This document shows positions 39,955 to 50,349 of a DNA stretch of 64,000 nucleotides, one piece after another. The number at the start of each line of letters is the position of its first letter. The stretch's first letter is position 1. Origin of the DNA: Gammaproteobacteria bacterium (GTDB taxonomy: Bacteria > Pseudomonadota > Gammaproteobacteria > G965277405); the NCBI GenBank assembly GCA_965277405.1, contig OZ255726.1:887128-951127 (forward strand), read 5' to 3'. Both the position numbers and the translations under genes were made by a program. Under the pieces are notes generated by a model. That model ran no database searches. It worked only from the letters and a program-made list of their open reading frames with translations, and was not told where the DNA came from.

Positions 39955-41505
39955 TTAATGATAAAAATGGCGGCGGTGGGTCGAAATCATTGTTATATTG
40001 TTGTTTTTAGCATGTTCAACCACAGCATCGTGTTGTCCGCCACCACCAGGTTGGATAATACACCAAACACCAATAGCTATAGAGGCATCAACACTATCAC
40101 AAAATGGTAAAAATGCATCTGATGCAAGTACTGGATTTTGATAGAGTTTAGCAAACTTTTTTGCTTGTCGTATAGCGTTGTCTATTGCGTTAATACGGCT
40201 TACTTGTCCAGCGCCAAGACCGATTAAACGCCCATCTTTTACCAACACAATCGCATTTGACTTGACGTGGGCGACGAGTGCCCATGCTAGTAATATATCC
40301 GTTTTTTGAACATCAGAAAATTGTGCAAAACTGGTGTTCTTTCCTGTTTCAATCCTCCAGTTTTCCGTATCGAATGCTACGACATCTATTGATTGTGCTA
40401 TTGACAGCGCAGGGTCTAAATTGACTATTTGAAAATCAGGCTGTCGCTGGCTAGGTAGACTCACTAGCCGGACATTCGGCTTGTATGCGGCAGCGGCCAC
40501 AGCACAGTCACTGATTGCTGGAGCAATAATCACTTCAATAAATTGGTTTGCTAGCATGTGAGACACCAACGCGGCGTTGATGGGCTGGTAAAAGGCAATG
40601 ATGCCACCAAATGCCGCTTGTGGCTCAGCAGCAAACGCGTGGTCATATGCTTGTTGGGGCGTTGCTGCCAGTGCTGCGCCACATGGATTTGCATGTTTGA
40701 CAATGACGCATGCGGCTTGACAAGCGTTTGGTATCGCAGCAATCGAGGCGCAGATGCGCATTGCTGCATACATGTCGATGATGTTATTATACGATAATGG
40801 CTTACCACAGTGCTGAGTGTAGGGTAAAACATCGTTGGTAGAATATAGCTGTGCCTGTTGTTGTGGGTTTTCTCCATAGCGCAATACTTGCTGGTTGTGT
40901 TTGCTGATATGCAGCAGTTGCGGCAACATTCTAGGCGCTGCTCTCTCGTTGAAATATGCTGCAATGTTACTGTCGTACACCGCTACATGGTTAAAGGCTT
41001 TAGCCGCGCAACAACAGCGGGTTTTTTCTGTTACGTCTGCGTCAATCAATTGATAGTCGCTGGGGTCGCACAGCACTAATACATCAGCATAGTTTTTGGC
41101 AGCAGCACGTAATAAAGTTGGTCCGCCAATATCAATATTTTCAATATGGACATTGTGATCGCAACTATTGGCAACTGCTTGGGCAAATGGATATAAATTG
41201 ACAGCAACAATATCAATAGCAGGTAGAGAAAACTTAGTAATTTGCGCTGCATCAATGTTGCGACGTGCCAGGATGCCGCCATGGATGATTGGGTGGAGTG
41301 TTTTTACCCTGCCTCCGAGCATTGGCGCAACGCCGGTGAGTGTGGCGACATCAACGTGGTCGATGTTGTGTTCAGTCAATACGGCGCTGGTACCGCCTGT
41401 AGCTACAAGCGTGTAGTGTTGCGCTGTCAACGCTTGTGCAAAAGAGATAATTCCTGTTTTATCGAATACCGATAACAGGGCAAAGCGTTGTTTTGGTTTA
41501 TCCAT
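39955..41505 (-). CDS. purH: Bifunctional AICAR transformylase / IMP cyclohydrolase PurH
   Basis: An MGS-like N-domain (RFALLSVFDKTG...LVATGGT) and AICARFT domain are present. The start is taken at the ATG at 41505; the track start at 41586 overlaps galU. Confidence 0.88.
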   Translation of the reverse strand: MDKPKQRFALLSVFDKTGIISFAQALTAQHYTLVATGGTSAVLTEHNIDHVDVATLTGVAPMLGGRVKTLHPIIHGGILARRNIDAAQITKFSLPAIDIVAVNLYPFAQAVANSCDHNVHIENIDIGGPTLLRAAAKNYADVLVLCDPSDYQLIDADVTEKTRCCCAAKAFNHVAVYDSNIAAYFNERAAPRMLPQLLHISKHNQQVLRYGENPQQQAQLYSTNDVLPYTQHCGKPLSYNNIIDMYAAMRICASIAAIPNACQAACVIVKHANPCGAALAATPQQAYDHAFAAEPQAAFGGIIAFYQPINAALVSHMLANQFIEVIIAPAISDCAVAAAAYKPNVRLVSLPSQRQPDFQIVNLDPALSIAQSIDVVAFDTENWRIETGKNTSFAQFSDVQKTDILLAWALVAHVKSNAIVLVKDGRLIGLGAGQVSRINAIDNAIRQAKKFAKLYQNPVLASDAFLPFCDSVDASIAIGVWCIIQPGGGGQHDAVVEHAKNNNITMISTHRRHFYH

Positions 41506-42346
41506 CAATATATAGTTTATGTTGGTAGACATGGGCAGTTGCTGCAGCATAACCATGGACTTGACCACAGTCAAAACGCAGGCCACGGTGGCGCACGGCT
41601 ATGACTTTGCCTTGTGCCGCGAGTATCGCTAAAGCATCAGTTATTTGAATCTCTCCATGCTGTGTTGTTTTAATTTGCTTAGCTAACACTGCAAAAACTT
41701 CAGGTATAAGAATGTATCTACCAATGATCGCTAAATTTGATGGCGGGTTGTTGCTCGGTTTTTCAATCATGCTGTCGACGCGCAGTATGTCCTCATCAAT
41801 GGCTGTTGCGGTGACGATGCCATAATTATGCGTAGTTTGTATTGGCACTTCTTCAACGGCAATTACACAACATTGATGCGCAATATACGCAGCAATCATT
41901 TGCTGTAAAATTGAACTTGCAGCAACGCCTGTTGCCGTCAAGCATAAATCGTCAGCTAGAATAACTGCAAAAGGGTTGTCACCGATCAGTGAGGCACCAG
42001 TATATATAGCATGGCCGAGCCCAGCTATTATGCGTTGCCGAGTAAAGGAAAACGTACACGACTCCATCAGTTGCCGAATTGAAATCATGCTATTTTCTTT
42101 GCTGCTACCAGCGATTTGCTGATCTAGCTCAAAGTTACTATCAAAATAATTCATTACAGGTTCTTTATTGCGACCAAGCACAAAATGAATATTATGCACA
42201 CCTGCGTTTACCGCTTCTTCTACGGCAAAATGAATAAGCGGCTTATTGACGATTGGCAACATTTCTTTAGGCAGCGATTTCGTCGCAGGAAGAAACCGCG
42301 TGCCATATCCCGCAGCAGGGTATAAACAATGTTGAATTGCAGCCAT
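41498..42346 (-). CDS. galU: UTP-glucose-1-phosphate uridylyltransferase GalU
   Basis: The motif LYPAAGYGTRFLPATKSLPKEMLPIVNKPLI is GalU-like, and the protein is 282 aa. Confidence 0.9.
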   Translation of the reverse strand: MAAIQHCLYPAAGYGTRFLPATKSLPKEMLPIVNKPLIHFAVEEAVNAGVHNIHFVLGRNKEPVMNYFDSNFELDQQIAGSSKENSMISIRQLMESCTFSFTRQRIIAGLGHAIYTGASLIGDNPFAVILADDLCLTATGVAASSILQQMIAAYIAHQCCVIAVEEVPIQTTHNYGIVTATAIDEDILRVDSMIEKPSNNPPSNLAIIGRYILIPEVFAVLAKQIKTTQHGEIQITDALAILAAQGKVIAVRHRGLRFDCGQVHGYAAATAHVYQHKLYIDG

Positions 42347-43239
42347 TACGCAGTTGGTGTAGTTGATAGCAAAGACCAGTGTATTGGCACGGACACCTCA
42401 ATTGTTGCTGCTTTGCCGATCGGTTTAAAGCCGATGGTCTCTGCGTGTAAATGTAACCTACTGGCTGGAGTATTGCTGTATACAGAATCACCAATGACAG
42501 GATGTTGTGCGCTGGCACAATGACTGCGAATTTGATGGTTGCGACCTGTTATTGGGAATGCATGCAGCACACTGACAATCCCAAGCTCTGGGTCATGAAC
42601 AGTCTTTTGCTTGGTAAAGCGTGTAAGTGATTGCTTCCCCATGGGTTGAGATATACTCAAAGTTTGTCCAGATATAAATTGCTTGGTTAAGGGAATATCG
42701 ATTTCTCGCAAGTCATCAGGCCAGTCTCCGGCAACGACACAATTATATTGCTTGTAGACAGCGCGATGCTTAAGCTGCTGTTGCAATGCCAATAGTGCCG
42801 CACGGTTTTTTGAGATAAGCAGGCAACCTGAGGTGTCTTTATCGATTCTATGCACAAGTTCGTATTCGTTGTTCCATACTGTCCGCACCAGATTTATCAA
42901 GCCAAATTGATGACCAGAGCCACCATGCACAGGAATTCCAGCAGGCTTATTGACAACAATACACGCTTCATCTTCATACACAATTGCATCAATAACCCAA
43001 CTGCTGCGCTCAAAACTTGGTTGCATTGGGATATGCTGTTCAAGCCACGGAGGTAGGCGAATAATGTCTCCTGTAGCAACGCGTTGCATCGGTTTACAGC
43101 GCGACTTATTGCAACGCACTTGACCAGATCTGATTAGTTTGTAGATATTTGAGCGAGCCAGCGACCGCACTTTGCCTAATAAAAAATTATCCAGCCGTTG
43201 ACCATGATGCTGCGTATCAACAATCATGGTGTTACTCAT
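42346..43239 (-). CDS. rluC: 23S rRNA pseudouridine synthase RluC (RluA family with S4 domain)
   Basis: An S4 N-domain is followed by HRIDKDTSGCLLISK and a C-terminal GDSVY motif. The protein is 297 aa. Confidence 0.8.
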   Translation of the reverse strand: MSNTMIVDTQHHGQRLDNFLLGKVRSLARSNIYKLIRSGQVRCNKSRCKPMQRVATGDIIRLPPWLEQHIPMQPSFERSSWVIDAIVYEDEACIVVNKPAGIPVHGGSGHQFGLINLVRTVWNNEYELVHRIDKDTSGCLLISKNRAALLALQQQLKHRAVYKQYNCVVAGDWPDDLREIDIPLTKQFISGQTLSISQPMGKQSLTRFTKQKTVHDPELGIVSVLHAFPITGRNHQIRSHCASAQHPVIGDSVYSNTPASRLHLHAETIGFKPIGKAATIEVSVPIHWSLLSTTPTA

Positions 43240-44308
43240 CAGCTAGTCCGGCCATGAGTCGCGCTTGATGTTCTTGTTGCAAAGCAGTGATGGTTTCGTC
43301 TAAATCACCTTCGACAATAGTATCGAGTTTATACAGCGTTAAACCAATACGATGGTCTGTCATCCGTCCTTGGGGAAAGTTATAAGTACGGATTCGTTGC
43401 GACCGGTCACCACTACCGATTAAATTTCTACGTGTTTCTGCTTGTTGCTGATGCGCTTGCTGACGCTGCTGATCTTCGAGTCTTGCCCCAAGCAATGATA
43501 GCGCACGCGCTTTGTTTTTATGCTGTGAGCGCTCATCTTGACATTCAACGACAACGCCTGTTGGAACATGGGTGATGCGTATCGCAGAATCAGTGGTATT
43601 AACATGTTGCCCGCCAGCACCAGAAGAGCGAAAGGTATCAATGCGCAAGTCACTTTTGTCAATTTGTATTGCTAACTCTTCTGGTTCGACTAGTACAGCC
43701 ACTGTGCACGCCGATGTATGAATACGCCCTTGCGACTCAGTCGCTGGCACCCGTTGGACACGGTGTGCGCCTGATTCAAATTTCAAATGCCGATAAACAT
43801 CTTTTCCTTCAACCCGGGTGATAATTTCACGATAGCCTCCTTGTTCACTTTCGCTAATCGATACAACTTGCGTCGTCCAACGGTGTTGCTCAGCAAAACG
43901 CAGATACATCCGCTGCAGGTCAGCACAAAAAAGTGCAGCTTCGCTGCCACCAGTCCCTGCGCGGATTTCGACGAATACATTGGCGCCATCATCTTTATCT
44001 TTTGGTAACAATAGTGTTTTGATAGTCATTAATGTGTCGTCAATTCCATGTTGCAGGTCTTGCAGTTCCGTTACCGCAAGATTATGCATTTCTGCATCCG
44101 CTAATAATACAGATGTTGATTGGTGCTGCGCTTCAAAGCCTATATATGTCAACCATGCATTGTGGATTGGCTCTAAGTCGGCAATTTCTTGCATCAACGC
44201 CTTGTATACATCAATATCGTTAGTAATGTCTGGCTGTGCCAGCTGATTCGCAACAATGGTATGACGCTCTTCAAGAGCTTGGAGCCGATTGCGCAGTTGA
44301 TTATTCAT
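43232..44308 (-). CDS. prfA: Peptide chain release factor 1
   Basis: A GGQ motif (SGAGGQHVNTTDSAIRITHVPTG) and PxT-type RF1 features are present. It lies downstream of hemA. Confidence 0.92.
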   Translation of the reverse strand: MNNQLRNRLQALEERHTIVANQLAQPDITNDIDVYKALMQEIADLEPIHNAWLTYIGFEAQHQSTSVLLADAEMHNLAVTELQDLQHGIDDTLMTIKTLLLPKDKDDGANVFVEIRAGTGGSEAALFCADLQRMYLRFAEQHRWTTQVVSISESEQGGYREIITRVEGKDVYRHLKFESGAHRVQRVPATESQGRIHTSACTVAVLVEPEELAIQIDKSDLRIDTFRSSGAGGQHVNTTDSAIRITHVPTGVVVECQDERSQHKNKARALSLLGARLEDQQRQQAHQQQAETRRNLIGSGDRSQRIRTYNFPQGRMTDHRIGLTLYKLDTIVEGDLDETITALQQEHQARLMAGLADE

Positions 44309-45615
44309 GGTGTTGGTGTTTGCTGTTTGCTGTTTACGCTGGTAGCGGGTGGATGGATTGCAAAGAGGGTATGCGCTGCTTGCAAGAGTTGGGTATCGCC
44401 TTTCTTTCCGGCTTCACGCATTGCTACGGTTGGATGGTGGGCAATTTTTTGGATGAGCGCAGACGCCATCCGCTCGATGACGTATTTTGGATCATCTCCT
44501 CTGTTGAGCATAGTATATGCTTTGCGTATTTCTACATCTCGAACTGATTGTATATGTGCGCGAAATGGCCGCAACAATGCGTTATGATTGGTTTGATTGA
44601 TGCGCTGTTGCAGCTCATACATGGCTGTATTGATGATCAAGTGTGCGTGTTGAGCTGCTTGTTTGCGTAACTTACTGTTGCCTTCGATAATGGCTCCTAA
44701 GTCGTCAACACAATATAAAAATACATGGTCTATTGCAGCCACTTCATATTCAATATCACGCGGTACCGCTAAGTCAAAATACAGTTGAGTTGCATATTTT
44801 CGTTGTTTGCCTGCCTGCTCTACTTGCCCTTTTCCTACCAGCGGTAATGTGCTAGATGTTGCGCTGACTATAATATCTGCTTGGTGAAGTAGTTCAGGAA
44901 TTTCATACAGCGGGTAGGTGCTTCCCCCAGTTTTTTGCGCCAACCGCGTGCCACGAACACTACTGCGGTTGCATATCCAAGGAGGTGGACAGCCCAAATC
45001 TGACAGATATTGGGCGACCAAAACGATGGTATCGCCAGCACCAATAAGTAACACGCGTTTATTGTCAAATCTAGAGAATATATTTTTTGCCAATGAAACC
45101 GCTATATGGGCGACCGACATTGGTGATTGGCCAATTGCGGTGTTGTGACGAATGCGTTTAACAATATGGAATACAAACGGGATGACTGTAGCAAAAAAAT
45201 CCCCACAGTAATCAAGCTGCTTGGCGTGGTCGTACGCTGCTTTCATTTGCCCAAATATTTGCGGCTCACCGAGCGCCATCGATTCAAGACCGCAGGCAAC
45301 TATAATTAAGTGCCTAATTGCCTCGTCGCCAGTATAGCAATAATGGTCAGCAATTTTTTCGGCGACAACAAAGCGCAGCCACGTGTCAAGGATGCGTTGC
45401 AAGCAAACCTCAGTTGCCAACGTCTTGGCAACGATATACCACTCTATTCTATTGCAGGTTGATAGCACAAAACACTCATCAACGCCATGCTGTTGTAGTT
45501 CGGCGTATATCAACTCTATCGCAGCGGCATTTGGCAATAATCGCTCGCGCTGAGCAATATCTGTTTTGCGGTGATCTATGCCAACGATAAGGCATTGCAT
45601 ACTGTTGAGTTTCAT
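44305..45615 (-). CDS. hemA: Glutamyl-tRNA reductase HemA
   Basis: The N-terminus MKLNSMQCLIVGIDHRKTDI...LSTCNRIEWY has the catalytic Cys (CNR) and an NADPH domain. The protein is 436 aa. Confidence 0.9.
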   Translation of the reverse strand: MKLNSMQCLIVGIDHRKTDIAQRERLLPNAAAIELIYAELQQHGVDECFVLSTCNRIEWYIVAKTLATEVCLQRILDTWLRFVVAEKIADHYCYTGDEAIRHLIIVACGLESMALGEPQIFGQMKAAYDHAKQLDYCGDFFATVIPFVFHIVKRIRHNTAIGQSPMSVAHIAVSLAKNIFSRFDNKRVLLIGAGDTIVLVAQYLSDLGCPPPWICNRSSVRGTRLAQKTGGSTYPLYEIPELLHQADIIVSATSSTLPLVGKGQVEQAGKQRKYATQLYFDLAVPRDIEYEVAAIDHVFLYCVDDLGAIIEGNSKLRKQAAQHAHLIINTAMYELQQRINQTNHNALLRPFRAHIQSVRDVEIRKAYTMLNRGDDPKYVIERMASALIQKIAHHPTVAMREAGKKGDTQLLQAAHTLFAIHPPATSVNSKQQTPTP

Positions 45616-45626
45616 ACGTATGCTAA

Positions 45627-45910
45627 GGAACCTCTGATTAAGTCCATGATGGGCGAGACGGAGAAAAAACGCTGATGATAACTAGACGCAGTGCGCAGAT
45701 AATACTGGTGGTATTATTAAGTGCTGCAACGACGTTAGCGCAGCGTTTTTTCCCGTCCTTCTGTTGAATATACAACAGTTTGATGGTAGCGGTACTTGCT
45801 GTGTTGCATCCTTTGGCGTATATGCTACGGCATACGCCTGCGGAATGCGCCTTGCAATCATCAGCAATTACCATCAAACTCGCTCCATCAGCGACTTAAT
45901 CAGAGGTCCC
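45627..45910 (+). mobile_element. MITE copy 4 (284 bp) with a perfect TSD CTAA. It is inserted between the plsC stop and the hemA start.
   Basis: CTAA occurs at 45623-45626 and 45911-45914. The right TSD contains the plsC stop (TAG on the minus strand). The hemA ATG is 11 bp from the left end. Confidence 0.88.
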
Positions 45911-46630
45911 CTAATGAATGGAGCTACAAGTAGCTTCGATCCAGGTTCTTAGTTGTTGTGTTGCTAACTTACTATCTGGCATTGGTTGTATATGCGGACC
46001 AAAAATCACGCGGATAGTTCCAGGGTATTTAGTTATTTGATGCGCGGGCCAACGCGACCCAGCATTGTGTGCAAATGGAATAATTGGGCATTTGTTTTCA
46101 TGCGCCAGTTTTGTCGCGGTGCGGGTAAATGGTCCAAGTTCAGGTGCATAACGTCTGGTTCCTTCAGGGAAAATGAGTAAATTATGACCTTGAGATAAGT
46201 GGACACTTCCTTGCGCAATAACTTGGCGAAGTGCCTGTGTCTTATTTTTTCTAATCAGTGTTACTGGTTTGAGCAATGCTAATGCCCAACCAAATATTGG
46301 AATCCAAATCAGCTCATACTTTAATACACTGACCATTGGCATTGCAAATGATTGAATAACCAGTGTTTCCCATGGGCTTTGGTGGTTACCGGCAAACACA
46401 CAGGCACGATGCGCTTGCAATGCGGTGCGGATATGTTCTAAGCCATCGATTTGCATGGAAATATTGCAGCTGAGTTTTAGCCAAAATAACACAAACCGCG
46501 TGAGTACAGCAGGCACTATAAAGCGTTTTTTGAACGGCAGCATCCAACCAAATAGCAGCGATGCCACGCACACTATAGTGACCGCTACCACGTAGCCGAT
46601 ATAAAAAATTATTGAACGGAAAATCAACAT
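45911..46630 (-). CDS. plsC: 1-acyl-sn-glycerol-3-phosphate acyltransferase (PlsC family)
   Basis: The HX4D-type motif (NHQSPWE) and FPEGTR motif are present, along with an N-terminal TM segment. Confidence 0.8.
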   Translation of the reverse strand: MLIFRSIIFYIGYVVAVTIVCVASLLFGWMLPFKKRFIVPAVLTRFVLFWLKLSCNISMQIDGLEHIRTALQAHRACVFAGNHQSPWETLVIQSFAMPMVSVLKYELIWIPIFGWALALLKPVTLIRKNKTQALRQVIAQGSVHLSQGHNLLIFPEGTRRYAPELGPFTRTATKLAHENKCPIIPFAHNAGSRWPAHQITKYPGTIRVIFGPHIQPMPDSKLATQQLRTWIEATCSSIH

Positions 46631-46634
46631 TTAG

Positions 46635-46838
46635 AGAATCTCTGATGTAATTGCTAGTGAAACACTGTATGTGTCGCCAATTAGTTGCGGTAACATCGCC
46701 GCTACAACAGCAGGGCAAGATTTACTGTGAACGGCTGGTGTGCATGGGCTTGCCAAGGCAGCACCATTTACAGCAAACCGCCGTGCTTTTCAACCTGTAA
46801 AGTTGCCTCACACCCATCATGGGCTTAATCAGCGCTTC
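46635..46838 (-). mobile_element. Diverged older MITE copy (about 204 bp), between the yaaA stop and the plsC start
   Basis: The left end is AGAATCTCTGATGTAATTGC and the right end is CACCCATCATGGGCTTAATCAGCGCTTC, which matches the L-type TIR in reverse complement. The left flank TTAG lies directly after the plsC ATG. Confidence 0.6.
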
Positions 46839-46841
46839 TCT

Positions 46842-47618
46842 CTATACAGTAACAGGATGCCTGCGTAAAAACACCCAAGTATTGGCGGTGCTACGCTCAC
46901 ATGAAAAGCTATAGCTATCCATTGCGAATAACTGTAATTCTTCAATACTTGTAATATTATTTTCAGCCACAAAACGCACAAACCTGCCGCGTGCATGCTT
47001 TGCATACACGCCGATAGTTTTTACCACAGCGTTTTTTTCTTCTACAAATGAAATATTGATAACGTGGCGTTGTTGGCTTATTGCCTGCAAGTCGAGCGCT
47101 TTGGCGTATTCAATCGATGCTAAGTTGATAATTGCAGCGGTTGCTGCTGTTTGCTCAAGCAGCGTCTCGGTGAGTTGTTTCTTCCAGAAAGCGTATAAAT
47201 TACCACCTGCTGGATTTGGCATTTTAGCACCCATTTCTAGACGATACGGCATAATTCCATCGCTGGGACGCAGCAGCCCGTACAGCCCTGAAAGAATGCG
47301 CACATGGCTGTTGATGTACTCACGTCCAGCGGCATCGATTGTAGCAATATCAAGACCGCGGTATACATCTCCTTGGAACATCCAAATCGACTGGAAGCCA
47401 GCGCCAGCATCAACCGACCAGTTATTATGGTAGGACAGCGTGCGTTGCGCTACGGCAGGCGAAATCCCCAGCAACTGTTGTAAGTCATGCTGCGAATATT
47501 GACGCAATATTCCATGGAGCTGTTGTGCTTGTTGGCTAAATTCAGGAACCGTGGCTGCAGGAAGACCTGCGTGGAATTCCGTTCGCAGTTTTTTCGCTGG
47601 AGAAATCAGGAATTTCAT
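46842..47618 (-). CDS. yaaA: Peroxide stress protein YaaA (UPF0246/DUF328)
   Basis: The N-terminus MKFLISPAKKL is YaaA-like, and the protein is 258 aa. Confidence 0.85.
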   Translation of the reverse strand: MKFLISPAKKLRTEFHAGLPAATVPEFSQQAQQLHGILRQYSQHDLQQLLGISPAVAQRTLSYHNNWSVDAGAGFQSIWMFQGDVYRGLDIATIDAAGREYINSHVRILSGLYGLLRPSDGIMPYRLEMGAKMPNPAGGNLYAFWKKQLTETLLEQTAATAAIINLASIEYAKALDLQAISQQRHVINISFVEEKNAVVKTIGVYAKHARGRFVRFVAENNITSIEELQLFAMDSYSFSCERSTANTWVFLRRHPVTV

Positions 47619-48020
47619 TTGCTATACCATCGAGCAGTCTTCAAAATGAACAAACAAGCATTGCGCTTCGCTACGAATGCGTCGGGGGGCTATGTTGCCA
47701 CATTTGCTTAGGCTGTCATCGCTTTGACGCCAATTGTGTTGGATATTTACCAAGATATATTTGCTCGATAGATGTATTTGCTCGATAGCTGCCGCTAAAA
47801 TTCGAAAAACACCTGATATTTGTCCGTTATTCAGTACTCCAATGAGCTAATGCTGGCTGTAAAACTCCTTGCCAAGTTATTTTTTTAACAAAAAAAATAA
47901 TTTTTAGCAAATTTGTGCATTTTTGGTATCATGAACACGCTCAATATTGGTTTGCAACATTGCTGCGTCAAGAACATCAAATGTGGTCAGTTTTTCGAGA
48001 TTTGTTAGGGTATATTTAAA

Positions 48021-48887
48021 ATGAATGGAAAGTTTTTATATTACCAAGGTGTTTACGCAGAGGCAGAAAAATACCCATTTTTGCTGGCTCATGCGCTGCA
48101 TTATGCAACGTCCGTTTTCGAAGGGATACGAGTTTACAATGGCGCACCATTTTTGCTCGAAGAGCATCTCTCACGGCTGATAACCTCTTGCGAACTCATC
48201 GGCATTGATTGTCCGGCAACGGTCCAAGAACTATCCAAGATCTGCTACAACCTTATCGACAAGACTGGGGTGCAAAATGCCTACCTAAGACCGGTGGTAT
48301 TCAAAGGCGGTCCCGATCTTGGCGTGTATGCACCCAAAAACACGATTGAGTTAAGTGTCATCATCTGGGAATGGCCATCAGTCTTCGGCGCAGCTGCGGT
48401 TTCTAAGGGAATATCGCTAACTTCAGATATCCCTTATAGACGACCGCCACCAACGTGTTTTCCAACTCAAGCAAAGAGTTCAGCAGCGTATCTCATAGGC
48501 GCAATTAACCGGCAAAAAGCGGAAAACGACGGCTTCAATGACGCCCTACTTTTCACCCACGCAGGGATGGTTGCGGAAGCAACTGGCGCCAATATTTTTT
48601 TAGTCAATGGCAACACTGTTACTACACCACCTGCAAATGATTTCCTCAATGGCCTTACCCGCCAGACGGTGATTGGATTGCTGGCAAGCGGTCAAGTTGA
48701 GGAAAGAGAAATCACGTTGGATGATGTTAAATCGGCAGATGAGGTCTTTCTCACTGGCACTGCCTACGAAGTAATTGGCGTCTCAAAAATTGACGATTGT
48801 GAAAAATCCGTTGGTCAATTTACCAGCAACATTCGCAATGCCTACCTCAAACTTACCAAAACAACCAACCTTAAAGGCGCGGCCTGA
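48021..48887 (+). CDS. Class IV PLP-dependent aminotransferase (branched-chain / D-amino-acid aminotransferase family)
   Basis: The EGIRVY motif and 288-aa length fit the fold-type IV family (IlvE/Dat/PabC). Confidence 0.75.
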   Translation: MNGKFLYYQGVYAEAEKYPFLLAHALHYATSVFEGIRVYNGAPFLLEEHLSRLITSCELIGIDCPATVQELSKICYNLIDKTGVQNAYLRPVVFKGGPDLGVYAPKNTIELSVIIWEWPSVFGAAAVSKGISLTSDIPYRRPPPTCFPTQAKSSAAYLIGAINRQKAENDGFNDALLFTHAGMVAEATGANIFLVNGNTVTTPPANDFLNGLTRQTVIGLLASGQVEEREITLDDVKSADEVFLTGTAYEVIGVSKIDDCEKSVGQFTSNIRNAYLKLTKTTNLKGAA

Positions 48888-49085
48888 ACACGACAGAATG
48901 TATGATGGCTGCTAACACCAAAATTCGCAAAATTTACACGCTTGGCCCTGGAGGCACAAACTGCGCAGCAGCGGCTGCTGAACTCTGTCGATCTGGTGGA
49001 GTAGCAGCCTGTATACCAACATTACCTGCAGCCAAAGCCAAATGAAAAAGCACTTTCTGCACGACGCAAACCTGCGGGGCTGCTG

Positions 49086-50042
49086 ATGATAGGTATTAGT
49101 CACCCTTTTTCAAAACACATGCGGCTGTTGGCGCTGACGATCAGTATTCTTGCCTGCTTCACAGCAAGCTGGGTGTTGGCTAAAAACATCATCGAAAGTG
49201 CCCCTGCGTATGCTTCGGCTACCGGCCGGGTGTTGGCGACTAGTCTGTTCCTTTGGGCTTTTCTCCTACTCCGTCCTGGCGAACGCGTAAAGTCGATGGT
49301 AGTGTTGCGCCGCTGGCCAGCTATCATCGTATTAGCTTTGCTGGGTTTTGTCCTGTATTCGCTACTGACATTTCTCGCCTTGACGGTGCTAAATCCATCG
49401 GATCTGGGAATGACGCTGGCGCTTATACCTGGGTTTACCTACGTGCTTGGGTTGGCTTTTTTTAGCGACCAAATTCACCATCTCAAATTGCTCGGTGTTT
49501 CTTTGGCCAGCGGGGCGGCGCTATACTACACCACCAACGGCTTCCTAAGTTTGACAACAGCAGATGCTTTTGGAATCACAATGGCAGCGGGGGCGGCACT
49601 TAGCTATGCCCTGTATGGTTTAACGTATAAAAAGCTCATGGCAGACTTGCCCACAACAAGCGTGTTACCGTTTATCACTGCCGTTGCTTTCCTCATGTTG
49701 CTACCCTGGTTGCTGTTTGTCAGCCCAGCAGAAAGGTCAATTGACCTTTGGACAGCTGCTAAATTGCTGATGCTCGGTGCTGGGCTGTCTGCGCCAGTAT
49801 TCTTAATGTATCATGCCGTGCTTGATTTAGGCGGGGTGCTGTATGCAAATTCAATCGGAATTCTTGCGCCTTTTGCGATCTTACTCACCGAATGGGGCTG
49901 CGGCTATCGCAGTAGCGTCAGCCTAGGAGAACTAAGCGCGATGGCGATCTGTGCAGTCGGCGTCGCTTTAATTTTTAAAGACGCCGCCAGACCAAATCGC
50001 GTATCTGCGAACATCGCCGTATCTAACCGCCCCACTGATTAG
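49086..50042 (+). CDS. DMT-superfamily (EamA-like) transporter
   Basis: Ten predicted TM helices in two EamA-like halves. Confidence 0.7.
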   Translation: MIGISHPFSKHMRLLALTISILACFTASWVLAKNIIESAPAYASATGRVLATSLFLWAFLLLRPGERVKSMVVLRRWPAIIVLALLGFVLYSLLTFLALTVLNPSDLGMTLALIPGFTYVLGLAFFSDQIHHLKLLGVSLASGAALYYTTNGFLSLTTADAFGITMAAGAALSYALYGLTYKKLMADLPTTSVLPFITAVAFLMLLPWLLFVSPAERSIDLWTAAKLLMLGAGLSAPVFLMYHAVLDLGGVLYANSIGILAPFAILLTEWGCGYRSSVSLGELSAMAICAVGVALIFKDAARPNRVSANIAVSNRPTD

Positions 50043-50064
50043 GATAATTTAGGAGGAATACTAT

Positions 50065-50347
50065 GGAAGCTATGATTAAGTCCATGACGGGCGAGACGGA
50101 GAAAAAACGCTGATGATAACTAGACGCAGTGCGCAGATAATACTGGTGGTATTATCAAGTGCTGCAACGACGTTAGCGCAGCGTTTTTTTCCGTCCTTCT
50201 GTTGAATATATGATGGTTTGCTGCAGCGGTACTTGCTGTGTTGCATCCCTTGGCGTATATGCTACGGCATGCGCCTGCGGAATGCGCCTTGCAATCATCA
50301 GCAATTGCAGGCAAACTCGCTCCATCAGCGACTTAATCAGAGCTTCC
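50065..50347 (+). mobile_element. MITE copy 5 (283 bp) with a perfect TSD CTAT. It is inserted between the SD and start codon of the ATP-grasp gene.
   Basis: CTAT occurs at 50061-50064 and 50348-50351. The AGGAGG SD at 50051-50056 is now separated from the ATG (50350) by the element. Confidence 0.9.
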
Positions 50348-50349
50348 CT

